IMG/VR virus record: IMGVR_UViG_3300009400_000005
Coordinates: 3,890-67,889 of that record
Direction: 5' to 3' (one strand)
DNA from: a virus
DNA length: 64,000 bases
A program made the translations under genes and the position numbers. Positions 29,556-38,631 of this stretch are shown one piece after another; positions within the stretch are counted from its first letter, which is position 1, and each line of letters starts with the position of its first letter. The notes beneath the pieces are model-generated. The model was given only the letters and a program-made list of their open reading frames with translations, did no database searches and was not told the origin of the DNA.

Positions 29556-31080
29556 GAGATCACCGGGGGGGATACGGGGGTGGGTGGGGTACCGCCAGCC
29601 GTGACGGAAACGGTCGGCTGCACCGAGTTAGAGACCCCGTTGCCATCGGTGGCGGTCACGATGCAGCCGACCGAATGGCCACCATCAGCCGTCACCGTGG
29701 TGTAAGTCGTACCGGTCTGACCAGCGATCGTCGCACCGTCGCGCGTCCAAGCGTACGTATAGGTGATCGGTGCGGTACCCGTCCACGTTCCGTGCAGAGC
29801 CGTGAGGGTCGACCCGACCGCCGGAGTTCCGCTGATCGACGCAGCGACCGTGTTGACCGGACCGGTCGAGGGGCTCGTCGTGAACGTCTGGTCCGGTCCG
29901 TTGACGGGCGCGCCATTGGCGTTGGTAGCGACGCAACGCCAGTGATATACGGTGTTTGCCGTCAGACCCGACGCGACGGTCTGAACCTGGATGAGACCAT
30001 TTCCCGCGCCGATGTTCTGCGCCGCGGCGGACGTGCCGTAGGCGGTCGTCGACCCGTACTGGACCACGACCGATGTGGCCGCCCCGTTGGGATTGACGTT
30101 CTGATAGACCGTCGCTCCTGTCTGGGTGATCCCAAACGCGGCGCCTGGCGTGACCGTCGGACGCGAGCTCGTCGCGGCAGTCGTGAACGTCGCATCGTTA
30201 CCGATCGTCGTCCCGCCTGCGTTGGTGGCAACGATCGCGTAGTGGTAGATGCTGCCTGGCGTCAAGCCGGTCAGGTTCACCGTCTCAGGAACGGCGGTGC
30301 TTCCGGAACCGGCCGACGTCGATGGTGTCGCCTGCCCGTACGCGGTCGACGGCCCGTACTGAAACTGGTATTGGGTGGCCGACCCGTTCGGATTGACGCT
30401 CCCAGCGATCGTCGCCGCAGTCTGCCCCACCGACGACGCTGCCCCGGTCACGACGATCGGAGCGCCCACCGTGGTGGTCGTGAACGTCTGATCCGGCCCG
30501 GTCGTCGTGCCCGTCGCATTCGTGGCAACCAGTCGGTAGTGATATACGGAGTTCGCGGTCAATCCCGTCACCGCTCGCGTATAGGCCGTAGGTACGACAT
30601 CTGACCCAGCGCTCGCAGCCGTCGACGGGAGATTCGTTCCGTACGTCGTATCGACGCCGTACTGAAACTGGTAGGTCGTCGCCTGATTGTTCGGGTTCAC
30701 CGACCCGTTCAGATTGACCGTCGTGGGCGTGATCGTGTCCGGCGCGTCCGTCGTGACCGTCGGCGCAGAAGTCGACCCCACGCCCATCCAGCCGACACCG
30801 GTGCAGCGGTAGCGGTTGCTGATCGCGTCAAACCAGCAGTCGCCCGGGTTCCCGAGGAACGTTGGCGCGCCGATGGACGCCAGCGTGCCCTGATCTGTGG
30901 TCTGTATCGCACCAGAAGACGCCGCGTTGATACTGAGCGCATCCGCTGACAGCACGCCAGTCGCCGTCGGGGAATCGGTTCCGAGATACCGCTGGTCAAG
31001 GCCGGGCAGGGGCGTGAACGACGAGCTCACATACCACTCGTTGGCGCTTGCGGAGTAGCCCCAGATGATCAGTTGTCTCC
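29552..31080 (-). CDS. Fibronectin III repeat protein (likely downstream half of frameshifted gene starting at 31835)
   Basis: Three repeats GSVNPN...YQFQYG...YG...GLTANSVYHYRLVATN plus an Ig repeat; no convincing start of its own. Confidence 0.7.
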
Positions 31081-31835
31081 GGGTAGTCGATTTCGCTGCT
31101 CGTGCTGCCGTCAGCGAACGTGTCGGTGCCCGTAGTGTTGACGGTGACGGTCGATGGGGTCGGCGGAGAGCCGTCGTCAAGTCCCTGGACGAGCATCATC
31201 GCGCCGGCCTGCGTACCGTCGGGCGGAGCGGTCGGCAGCGGGATGATCATGCTCCCGGGGGTCGTATCGACGCTCGCGAGGACGTTGGCCGGCAGGATGA
31301 ACGCGGTGGCGCTGGTCACGTTCTGCACCGAAAGTCCGCTGGCGGCCGCGATGCTTGAGCCGCTGACCGGCACCGCGATGTTGATGTCGACGCTGTTGGG
31401 GCAGTAGATGACGATCGGCATGAACCCGCCGGGGGGCAGCAGCGCCACCGAGCCCACCGGCTGGGTTGCTGCGCCGTCGGAGATCGTCAGGCTGTACGCG
31501 GCGGTCTGCGTGAGCAGCAGGACCGGTTCGGCGCCAGCCGTGCGGTTGGTGAGCGTGATCGTGCAGTTCGCGTTGAGCGTGCCGATAATGCCGGCCGGAT
31601 AGACGGAAAGGTCGAGCGTGTAGGCAGCTCCGAGGTTCCCGGCGTCGTGCGTTGGGCTTCCCGCGCCGCCGCCGCTGCCGACCTCGTAGGCGAGTGAGTT
31701 CCATGCGGTTGTGCCGTTCCCGATCTTGAATTTCAGGGTGTCGGTCTCGAATCCCGGTTCGCCGTTGCCGAGCGTCGGGTTGGCTGCTGTCCATTGGGCG
31801 GCGGTTCCGCGGCGGAGTTCGATCTCTTCACTCAT
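30996..31835 (-). CDS. Tail fibre N-terminal part (Mtd_N/hyaluronidase-like N-terminal domain), frameshifted near 31080
   Basis: IELRRGTAAQWTAANPTLGNGEPGFETDTLKFKIGNGTTAWNSLAY signature. Confidence 0.75.
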   Translation of the reverse strand: MSEEIELRRGTAAQWTAANPTLGNGEPGFETDTLKFKIGNGTTAWNSLAYEVGSGGGAGSPTHDAGNLGAAYTLDLSVYPAGIIGTLNANCTITLTNRTAGAEPVLLLTQTAAYSLTISDGAATQPVGSVALLPPGGFMPIVIYCPNSVDINIAVPVSGSSIAAASGLSVQNVTSATAFILPANVLASVDTTPGSMIIPLPTAPPDGTQAGAMMLVQGLDDGSPPTPSTVTVNTTGTDTFADGSTSSEIDYPETTDHLGLLRKRQRVVCELVVHAPARP

Positions 31836-32907
31836 GTGCACTCATCGTATGCGGTGCGGTGACACCCTCGTAGAAGCCCGACCCCCACAAGGTGGACAGC
31901 CTCGCGAAGTAGTCCTCGTACATCGGCGCGACCGCTTCGAGCGAGTAGCGGGAAACGGCACGCTGGCGGATGTAGTGGCGGTCGAGGTCGCCCGCACTGT
32001 CGACGGCGTCGATGAACTCGCGCATGGTGTGGCAGCGAAACCCGGTCACCCCGTCCTCGACGGTCTCGGTCATGGCGCCCCAGTCGGTGCAGATCACGGG
32101 CGTCCCTGTGAGTTGGGCTTCGACGGCGACGCCGCAGAACGGCTCCACATACAACGAGGGTGCCAGGAGTGCGAGCGCGCCGCCCATCAGCTCCGCCCGC
32201 TCCCGCGGGCCCACCACCCCCACGTACGTGCAGTCGTCGGGTGGGTCGCCGGCGCCCGCGACGATCAGCTCGCGGTCTGCGGCTTTGGCGGTGTCGACGG
32301 CGATCTGGATGCCTTTGCGGTCGATCAGCCGGCCGACGAACAGGAGGTAGCCGCCGTCACCGCGTCCTTGGGGGAAGGCGTCGGTGTCGAAGTAGTTGGG
32401 GATGACAGCGTCGAAGAAGCGGCCGTCGATGCTGTGCGCGTCACCGCCGGACTGCGCGCCGTAGACGGTGTGCATCCATGCGAGGCTCTCGAAGACGCGG
32501 TAGTTAGCGAACACGCCGCCATAGCCGATGCCGTACTCCACCGCCATGTGGTTCGGATAGGCGTCGGCGATGGGCTTCTGAGCGAGCCCACCGATGAGAC
32601 AGATGAAATCGTGCGGTTGGAGGCGGGTGGCGAGGGCGTGGATGGCTCGCTGATTGAACTCTTGGAAGATCGGTTCGTCGGCGTTGAACGGTGGGATGAC
32701 ACCGTTCTCGGGGAGATCCCAGCCGCACACCACATGCCCTGAGCACTGAACATCGTCGTTGGGGTGCCCGTAGACGGTGACGTGGTGCCCGCGCTCCGTC
32801 ATCATCCGGGAGAAGCGCCTCGCCTTTTGGCTGAACGCACACCACCCGTAGGCGTCATTCGCGGCGGTGTGAGCGAGGTTCACCACATGCAGGCGATGGC
32901 GCGCCAT
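31828..32907 (-). CDS. Glycosyltransferase family 4 (GT-B)
   Basis: YLLFVGRLIDRKG, PSLYVEPFCGVAVEAQLTGTPVICTDWGAMTETVEDGVTGF; start MARHRLHVV overlaps upstream stop. Confidence 0.92.
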   Translation of the reverse strand: MARHRLHVVNLAHTAANDAYGWCAFSQKARRFSRMMTERGHHVTVYGHPNDDVQCSGHVVCGWDLPENGVIPPFNADEPIFQEFNQRAIHALATRLQPHDFICLIGGLAQKPIADAYPNHMAVEYGIGYGGVFANYRVFESLAWMHTVYGAQSGGDAHSIDGRFFDAVIPNYFDTDAFPQGRGDGGYLLFVGRLIDRKGIQIAVDTAKAADRELIVAGAGDPPDDCTYVGVVGPRERAELMGGALALLAPSLYVEPFCGVAVEAQLTGTPVICTDWGAMTETVEDGVTGFRCHTMREFIDAVDSAGDLDRHYIRQRAVSRYSLEAVAPMYEDYFARLSTLWGSGFYEGVTAPHTMSAHE

Positions 32908-34049
32908 CAGTACGTTGAGACTGCGGGCTGAAGATTCCCTGCCGGATCGGGACCGGTCGGGACGGTGATCGCCGCTGGTGCGGCAAACGACCCCTGAGCG
33001 ATCTGGGTGGCTGCCACCATTGGCAGCCCGCCCTGAAAGTGGGCGTTGCCGGCCGCGGTGCTGTCGAACTGCACGCCAATGAAGTACGTCCCGCCGCTCG
33101 CGGTGTAGATCGCCGTGAACGGCACCTGCTTCAGCGGGTAAGCCAATGCTGTGAGGCTCGAAACCGCCACTCGCGTTCCGCTGGCGTCGTAGAGCGAAAC
33201 GATCACATTGCCGTTCGCGAACGCTGAAAGGGAGAGCGCTACTCCGGTGAGTGCTGTGCTGATCGGAACGTTGATCTGGGCGACATACAACTGGTTCGCG
33301 ATTGGGGTAGTTCCACCCTGGGAGTAGAACATTGGCGGGTGAAAGTATCTGCCGAACGCGCCGGTCAACGCCGGGCCGGTCGCTCCGGTCGGCCCAGTAG
33401 CACCCGATGCGCCCACGCCGGTAGGTCCGGGCGGTCCTGTCCCGCCAGACGGTCCCGAGAGGCCTTGCGCGCCCGTGACGCCCATCGCACCGGTCGGGCC
33501 TGTCACACCGGCCGGACCGGACGGTCCCGTAGCGCCCATCGGGCCGGTAGCGCCCGAAGCGCCCGCGCCCGTAGCGCCCACCGGTCCCGTGGCACCCGTG
33601 GCGCCCGAAGGTCCCGTAGGACCGCCAGCCGGACCGGTCGGACCTGACGGACCGCGCGCGCCCGATGGCCCCAGCGGGCCCGTGGCGCCCGGGAGCGCCA
33701 GGATCTTCCATACGCCTGACACGTCCCCGACGGGGTTCACCGCCAGTGACTCTTCGAGCGCACCATAGGCGCTGCCATCGGAGCCGATGACCGCATCCGC
33801 GACCTGATAGATGATCAGGTTGCTCCAGTTTCCGCGTGGGCGGATGAGTAGCCACGGCGCTTCGAGTGGCGGGTAGGGCGGAATGACCGTGTATCCCGCA
33901 TAGGCCATGACGAGTGCGGTTGCGTCGTCGACTGTCATCGAGTCGGCCTGTCCGAATAGTGCGCCGGCGGCGACGTAGACGGGCTGGCCGAACAGGCCGT
34001 CTGAGTTGGCGACTAGGTAGTCGGTGGTGAATACGCGTTCGTCGCCCAT
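32907..34049 (-). CDS. Collagen-like repeat protein
   Basis: Long (G-X-Y)n tract after PRGNWS...YQVADAV motif. Confidence 0.75.
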   Translation of the reverse strand: MGDERVFTTDYLVANSDGLFGQPVYVAAGALFGQADSMTVDDATALVMAYAGYTVIPPYPPLEAPWLLIRPRGNWSNLIIYQVADAVIGSDGSAYGALEESLAVNPVGDVSGVWKILALPGATGPLGPSGARGPSGPTGPAGGPTGPSGATGATGPVGATGAGASGATGPMGATGPSGPAGVTGPTGAMGVTGAQGLSGPSGGTGPPGPTGVGASGATGPTGATGPALTGAFGRYFHPPMFYSQGGTTPIANQLYVAQINVPISTALTGVALSLSAFANGNVIVSLYDASGTRVAVSSLTALAYPLKQVPFTAIYTASGGTYFIGVQFDSTAAGNAHFQGGLPMVAATQIAQGSFAAPAAITVPTGPDPAGNLQPAVSTY

Positions 34050-34081
34050 GTCCTTCTAGGGTAAGGCTGCGACGAGGGGTG

Positions 34082-34597
34082 TCAGCAATGCTCGAAGCTG
34101 GCCGCCAGCTCGGCGGGTGTCAGGCTCGATGGCTCGTGAGCGAAGATCATCGGTCCGCGAACCGCTGCCTGGGCGGCCAGTCCGGAGCAGATCTGCGTCC
34201 CGTCGAGGCTTCCGAGCGTGAAGCCACCGCGTCCGGGTGTGAGATATCGGACGGCGATCCCGGCGATAAGCATCCACGCGTAATGCTCGCCCAGGCAGGA
34301 GCGTAGGAACGCGACAGCCTGCTCCTGATCTTGGGCGCTGAGGTGCATCCGGACGACCGCGTACTCGATGTCGCGGTACTCACTCAACGGGTTGCGGGTG
34401 ACGCCTCGGGTCAACGCTTCGATGAGCGTGACGGAGTTTTCGGCGACAGCGACGTGCGACCAGCGGCAGTCGCCCTGACGTAGGTGCTCGAGGACGCGGA
34501 TTGTCTGTGAGGCGAGTCCGGTGCGGTGGCAGAAGATCAGGTCGCCTGGCGCGAGGTTCTGCGCGTCCTGTCCGGCGGGGACCAGCTCAAGGGTCAT
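34082..34597 (-). CDS. Permuted papain-like amidase (YiiX/YebB, NlpC/P60 superfamily)
   Basis: PGDLIF, WSHVAV, IEAL, LGEHY, QICSGLAA, LTPAEL. Confidence 0.85.
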   Translation of the reverse strand: MTLELVPAGQDAQNLAPGDLIFCHRTGLASQTIRVLEHLRQGDCRWSHVAVAENSVTLIEALTRGVTRNPLSEYRDIEYAVVRMHLSAQDQEQAVAFLRSCLGEHYAWMLIAGIAVRYLTPGRGGFTLGSLDGTQICSGLAAQAAVRGPMIFAHEPSSLTPAELAASFEHC

Positions 34598-34950
34598 CAG
34601 TGGAGGTTGAGTTTGGAGACCACGGCCGCACAGTCCTGCTTTGGCGCTACCGCGTCGATCAGCGCGACGGTGCCCGCTCGACTGGTCTGCGCGCCCTTGC
34701 GCTCGGTGGGTGGGAGCGCGGCGATCTCCTGGTCGAGCGTGGCGATCGTCCGGTCGTGGCGCATGTTCTGGTCCGTGCAGGTGGAGAGGACGTAGGCCTT
34801 ACGCGACTGTTGGATTTGCGTCGCGAAATCATGATTGCTCATCAGTCCGACGTACAGCACCGCCGCCGCACCGAGGATGGCGATTACCACGGCCCACGCC
34901 ATCACGAAGTTGCGCAAATGCGTCCCGGTCGGCCGAGACGGCAGTCTCAC
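34597..34950 (-). CDS. Membrane-anchored hypothetical protein
   Basis: Single TM helix then Cys-flanked soluble domain; GTGA overlap. Confidence 0.55.
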   Translation of the reverse strand: MRLPSRPTGTHLRNFVMAWAVVIAILGAAAVLYVGLMSNHDFATQIQQSRKAYVLSTCTDQNMRHDRTIATLDQEIAALPPTERKGAQTSRAGTVALIDAVAPKQDCAAVVSKLNLH

Positions 34951-35177
34951 GGATGCACCACTTGCAATATGGTGAACGCGAACCCCACGCTCGCGATCAC
35001 GATCCCGCCAGCGACCGTCCACAAAGCCCGTTTCATGCTCGTGACCTCTTCGCCCAGGGCCGCGACGGCCTTCAGGATGCCGCCGGTGCCGCTGATCCGC
35101 TCGTCCTGCAAGCCGACCTGAGCCTGGAGGTCGTCGACCTTCTTCTCGATGGCTCCCATGCGCTCAATGATGCCCAT
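34947..35177 (-). CDS. Small coiled-coil membrane protein (holin/XhlA-like)
   Basis: Coiled coil plus C-terminal TM helix. Confidence 0.55.
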   Translation of the reverse strand: MGIIERMGAIEKKVDDLQAQVGLQDERISGTGGILKAVAALGEEVTSMKRALWTVAGGIVIASVGFAFTILQVVHP

Positions 35178-35893
35178 CAGGACAGTTTCCCCAGCTGCTC
35201 TGCAAGGTACTGAACCTGCTTGCGTAGCTCGCCAATCTGTGCGTCGGCAACCTCGCGCGGCATGAAATCCTTGCTCTGCTCGGTGAGCTGCTGGCGAAAT
35301 GCGTTGACCCCGTCGAAGCGCTTCTCGTTCGCCATCTCAGCCTTTTGGATCGCTTCCTTCGCCGCCTCGGCCACAAGCTGCGTTTCGCGCTGCTGTGCTG
35401 CGAGACGTTCCATCATGGAGGCGTCCAGTGCGGCAATCTTTTCGGCAAGCGCCAATGCTCTCGACGTTTCGAGCCGCTCAGCAGATTCCAGCGCCGCGTG
35501 AATCTGCCCGACCTGCATCGCGATGTGCTGTTTGAGGTGATCGTCGCCCGATGCGATCGAAGTTTTCAGTGCGTCAGCGAGGATCTGCGCCGCCTTCTCA
35601 CGCTCGATCCCAGCCGTCTCGTCCGCAATCCGATGCTCCTGGAACACCGTATCGACGTGATCACGGTTGACGCGATCGCCCTCTTGGAGCTCACGCTCCA
35701 GGTGCTCGTCACGCGCCTCGCGCAACTGGTCACGTTCGCGCAGCAACGCCTCGACGTACTCACGCAGCGCGACCGTCGACGCGGGCTCGCGCGCCAGATC
35801 TACCGCACGCTGAACCTCAGCAATCCGGGCGTCGAACTCCCGAGGGGTTACGCTCTGCTCTAGGCCGTCGCCATGCTCAGTCATCGGCGACAC
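35177..35893 (-). CDS. Coiled-coil hypothetical protein
   Basis: AAKEAIQKAEMANEKRFDGVNAFRQQL...FMPRE, a recurrent phage motif. Confidence 0.65.
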   Translation of the reverse strand: MSPMTEHGDGLEQSVTPREFDARIAEVQRAVDLAREPASTVALREYVEALLRERDQLREARDEHLERELQEGDRVNRDHVDTVFQEHRIADETAGIEREKAAQILADALKTSIASGDDHLKQHIAMQVGQIHAALESAERLETSRALALAEKIAALDASMMERLAAQQRETQLVAEAAKEAIQKAEMANEKRFDGVNAFRQQLTEQSKDFMPREVADAQIGELRKQVQYLAEQLGKLS

Positions 35894-35991
35894 ACGTCAC
35901 TCGCCCCGTTCCTAGCCGATAGGTCACCCTGTCATCGTAAGCGAATACCCGCCTGCGAGCACCACACTGACAGTCAGACTATTGAGACAGG

Positions 35992-36432
35992 TCAGTGATG
36001 GCCGTTACGCGAGGCTATGCGCTCATCTCGCCACAACGCGACAATCGCGTGCTGCGCGTCGATGGGTGCGTCCACCATGTCGCGCGTTGCCTTCTGAGAG
36101 TTGTGCCGCCGGCAAAGCGTCTGCAAGTTCTCGGGTTGGTTCCCACCCCCGAGCGATCGCGGCACGATGTGATCGACAGTCAGGTCACTCTCACTGCCGC
36201 AATGCACGCAGGCGAACCCATCGCGAGCCATCACCCGAGCCCTGACCTCCGCGGCGACCGGCACCGCGTTCACGACCGACCGGGCCGGCTGCTCAACACC
36301 GATCGGCCTACCCGCCCGCCAATCCTGGATGGCCTGCACAAACCCGATCACCATGCCCGCGATCATCGCCACGCCGGCGACCAAGCATGCGAGAAGGATT
36401 ACTCCGAGGATTCCTGCGAAGAGAAGGACCAT
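35992..36432 (-). CDS. HNH endonuclease with N-terminal transmembrane segment
   Basis: Hydrophobic N-terminus; RDGFACVHCG...LTVDHIVPRSLGG...NLQTLCRRHNSQK; own TAGAAT and GGGAGG SD. Confidence 0.85.
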   Translation of the reverse strand: MVLLFAGILGVILLACLVAGVAMIAGMVIGFVQAIQDWRAGRPIGVEQPARSVVNAVPVAAEVRARVMARDGFACVHCGSESDLTVDHIVPRSLGGGNQPENLQTLCRRHNSQKATRDMVDAPIDAQHAIVALWRDERIASRNGHH

Positions 36433-36483
36433 GATTGCACCTCCCTGGTGCTAGGCCAACCTGCTGATTCTGTACCCCGGATT

Positions 36484-36651
36484 CTACTCTCCGCACGCCC
36501 AATTGTCGCGCAACAGGACGTCTATTTCGGCGGCCAGCTCATGCTTTCCATGCGCCCGCCAAAACTCCGCCAGGCGCCGGAACCGCTCGTGCCGCGCGGC
36601 TGTCTCCGCTTCGAGAGCGGTCAGCCGCGCGGCGTTAGCGGCCAAGTCCAT
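36484..36651 (-). CDS. Small hypothetical protein
   Basis: MDLAANAARL...DNWACGE*, 55 aa, below track cutoff; stop overlaps TAGAAT. Confidence 0.45.
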   Translation of the reverse strand: MDLAANAARLTALEAETAARHERFRRLAEFWRAHGKHELAAEIDVLLRDNWACGE

Positions 36652-36654
36652 CGC

Positions 36655-37017
36655 CTACGGGCCGACTACCGGGCCCGACGCGCCTGACGCACCGCTCGCA
36701 CCCGAAGCGCCGCTCGGACCCGGCGTCGGCTTCAGATTCCCGAGAGCCTGCACCGCACTATCGAGCGGCGATACTGCGGCCTGCAAAGCCGACAGGTCCA
36801 GCGTCGGGTTCGCCGACACGAGCGAATCGATCTCCGACTGCAACGTGCTCTGCGCGGACTGCAGGTCGGTCGCGACCTGATCCACCTGGTTTGTAATCGC
36901 GGTTACGTCGTCCTGTGATGCCATGTTGCTGATCCTTTCGGTTAGCTCGTCGATTATCCGAGCGAGCTCCTCCGTGGTTACGTAGTCGTCATCGTCACGG
37001 CGGCGCCTGACGCTCAT
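36655..37017 (-). CDS. Coiled-coil hypothetical protein
   Basis: ATGA overlap; heptad pattern and GASGAS tail. Confidence 0.6.
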   Translation of the reverse strand: MSVRRRRDDDDYVTTEELARIIDELTERISNMASQDDVTAITNQVDQVATDLQSAQSTLQSEIDSLVSANPTLDLSALQAAVSPLDSAVQALGNLKPTPGPSGASGASGASGASGPVVGP

Positions 37018-37478
37018 TTCGCCGCCTTCTGCAGCAGCGGAGTGTGCGCCTTCGGTCCGGTGGTGCTCAGCTGCTGCTGGATGAAGGTGAACTCCGACCC
37101 TTGGTACCTCTGCAAAAGCCACGCCGGATAGGTGATCTCGTGGATACCGGTGTACTTGCCGCGATGATGAGCGGCACAGAGGACGAGCATGTTCGCCTCC
37201 GAGTCAACCCACTCGGCAAGCTTCTGACGGTCAGTCAGGTCGGGCCAGTCGACCGTGACCTTCTCTAGGTCGAGGCCGTTCTGTGACGCCCACTCGAAGT
37301 GAGCGTGGTGAGTTTCGAGAGCGCCGCCTTGCGAGTGTCGAATCCCGCAGACCCAGCACGGGGCGTCCATCGTGTAGACCAGGTGGTGGTGAGTCTTGAC
37401 GTACGTCGGTGACTCAGACCGGGGTTCGTGTGGCGGATAGGCGACTAGCTCGTCGAGTTGTCGGTGAAGGATTGCCAT
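37014..37478 (-). CDS. HNH-like Zn-binding protein
   Basis: PCWVCG...LETHH...NMLVLCAAHHRG...GIH; leaderless TATCGT-7nt-ATG. Confidence 0.7.
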   Translation of the reverse strand: MAILHRQLDELVAYPPHEPRSESPTYVKTHHHLVYTMDAPCWVCGIRHSQGGALETHHAHFEWASQNGLDLEKVTVDWPDLTDRQKLAEWVDSEANMLVLCAAHHRGKYTGIHEITYPAWLLQRYQGSEFTFIQQQLSTTGPKAHTPLLQKAAK

Positions 37479-37512
37479 ACCTGTCACGATACCCGCGCGC
37501 CCACCAGCACCG

Positions 37513-37914
37513 TCAACCCAACGCCAGCGCGATGACCACGCCATCGTCTCCGTGAATGTCATCCTCGGAGATCACATCCAAGATCATCCTGGCGATCTTC
37601 TCGAACGGTGACGGCTCCCCATACCAGCAGCGGCGGAACTCCGGACGCGTGTCCATGAGCACCTCCTGCCAGTCGTGGCGTTCCATGGTGGCGTGCGGCC
37701 ACCACTTCTCCTTACGCATAATTGTCCACGCTCGCTCCCACGCCACGTCAAAGTCAGTGGCGTCCGCGTCGCGAGCGAGTGCTAGCACACACGCTTCCTC
37801 CCACGCCGCATCGAAGTCCGTGGCACCAAGCAGTTCGCGCATCTTCACGCAGGGCTTGGGTTTGCGATGCTGCCACGAGCCGCGCGGTCGTTTCGGCTGC
37901 TCCGCGATGCTCAC
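37513..37914 (-). CDS. Hypothetical protein
   Basis: GTGA overlap; internal repeat ATDFDAAWEEA / ATDFDVAWERA. Confidence 0.55.
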   Translation of the reverse strand: MSIAEQPKRPRGSWQHRKPKPCVKMRELLGATDFDAAWEEACVLALARDADATDFDVAWERAWTIMRKEKWWPHATMERHDWQEVLMDTRPEFRRCWYGEPSPFEKIARMILDVISEDDIHGDDGVVIALALG

Positions 37915-38477
37915 ACCGCGTCCATTCCGCAACGACAGCCCGCCTGGCACACGGTCGCTCCTTCGCCCGGCAGCGTCGGCCACTGCTCAAGCGGCATGGC
38001 ATCCAGTCCGGAGTAGTACACGCAGTCATCACACGAGCCCGCGCCTTCTGCAGTCCAGGTCAGAAGTTTCGAGTCGACACTGGCAGCCTGAGCAAACCCG
38101 GCGATTGAACCCGCCCACACGACGGACGACCCGAGATTCTGCCGCCACGTGTTCGCACTCCCATAGTCCACGACAGCCTGCGCCGATGGCTCATCAGCGG
38201 CGGTCGCCGCACCGGATAGCTGGCCGGCCATCTTGCTGATCGACGCCAACGCCGGCGCCAAGGCGGCGCGCTTATGCTGCTCGTCCATAATCACCTTCCG
38301 GCGCCTGACTAGCAGTGCGAGCGCTGTGCTGTCGCGTGCGGGATGCTCGGCGACGGCGGATTCTTGGAGGGGCTGGTAGGCGTTGACGCCGCGCTGCCAT
38401 GCCAGGTCGTAGTGGCGGTCGAGGATGGCTGCTTGGCGGCGTGACCAGGCAGCCAATGCGTCAGCCGGCAACGCCAT
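37911..38477 (-). CDS. Head morphogenesis protein (Mu gpF/SPP1 gp7-like, short)
   Basis: LTW...SCDDC...PTLPGEGATVCQAGCRC after portal. Confidence 0.7.
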   Translation of the reverse strand: MALPADALAAWSRRQAAILDRHYDLAWQRGVNAYQPLQESAVAEHPARDSTALALLVRRRKVIMDEQHKRAALAPALASISKMAGQLSGAATAADEPSAQAVVDYGSANTWRQNLGSSVVWAGSIAGFAQAASVDSKLLTWTAEGAGSCDDCVYYSGLDAMPLEQWPTLPGEGATVCQAGCRCGMDAV

Positions 38478-38631
38478 CTGGCTTCTCGGCTTGTGGCTCG
38501 GTCTGCGTGAAACCAATCTGGATGTCCTCTGGCGGCACAAGCACGACTCCGCCTAGCTGCTCGGCCTGCCTGATCGCTGCCGCCCGATCAGCCATCGCAA
38601 CATCCCAGAGCCGCTGCTTCTTAGCTGCCAT
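38461..38631 (-). CDS. Small hypothetical protein
   Basis: MAAKKQRLWDV..., overlaps portal stop. Confidence 0.45.
   Translation of the reverse strand: MAAKKQRLWDVAMADRAAAIRQAEQLGGVVLVPPEDIQIGFTQTEPQAEKPDGVAG

Noticed and set aside
28060-33700. Shared GC-rich 9-bp-period repeats at two loci
   Set aside because: Collagen G-X-Y coding sequence
31828-33855. 675-aa glycosyltransferase as called by the ORF track
   Set aside because: Upstream half is an alternative frame of the collagen gene; coupled start at 32907
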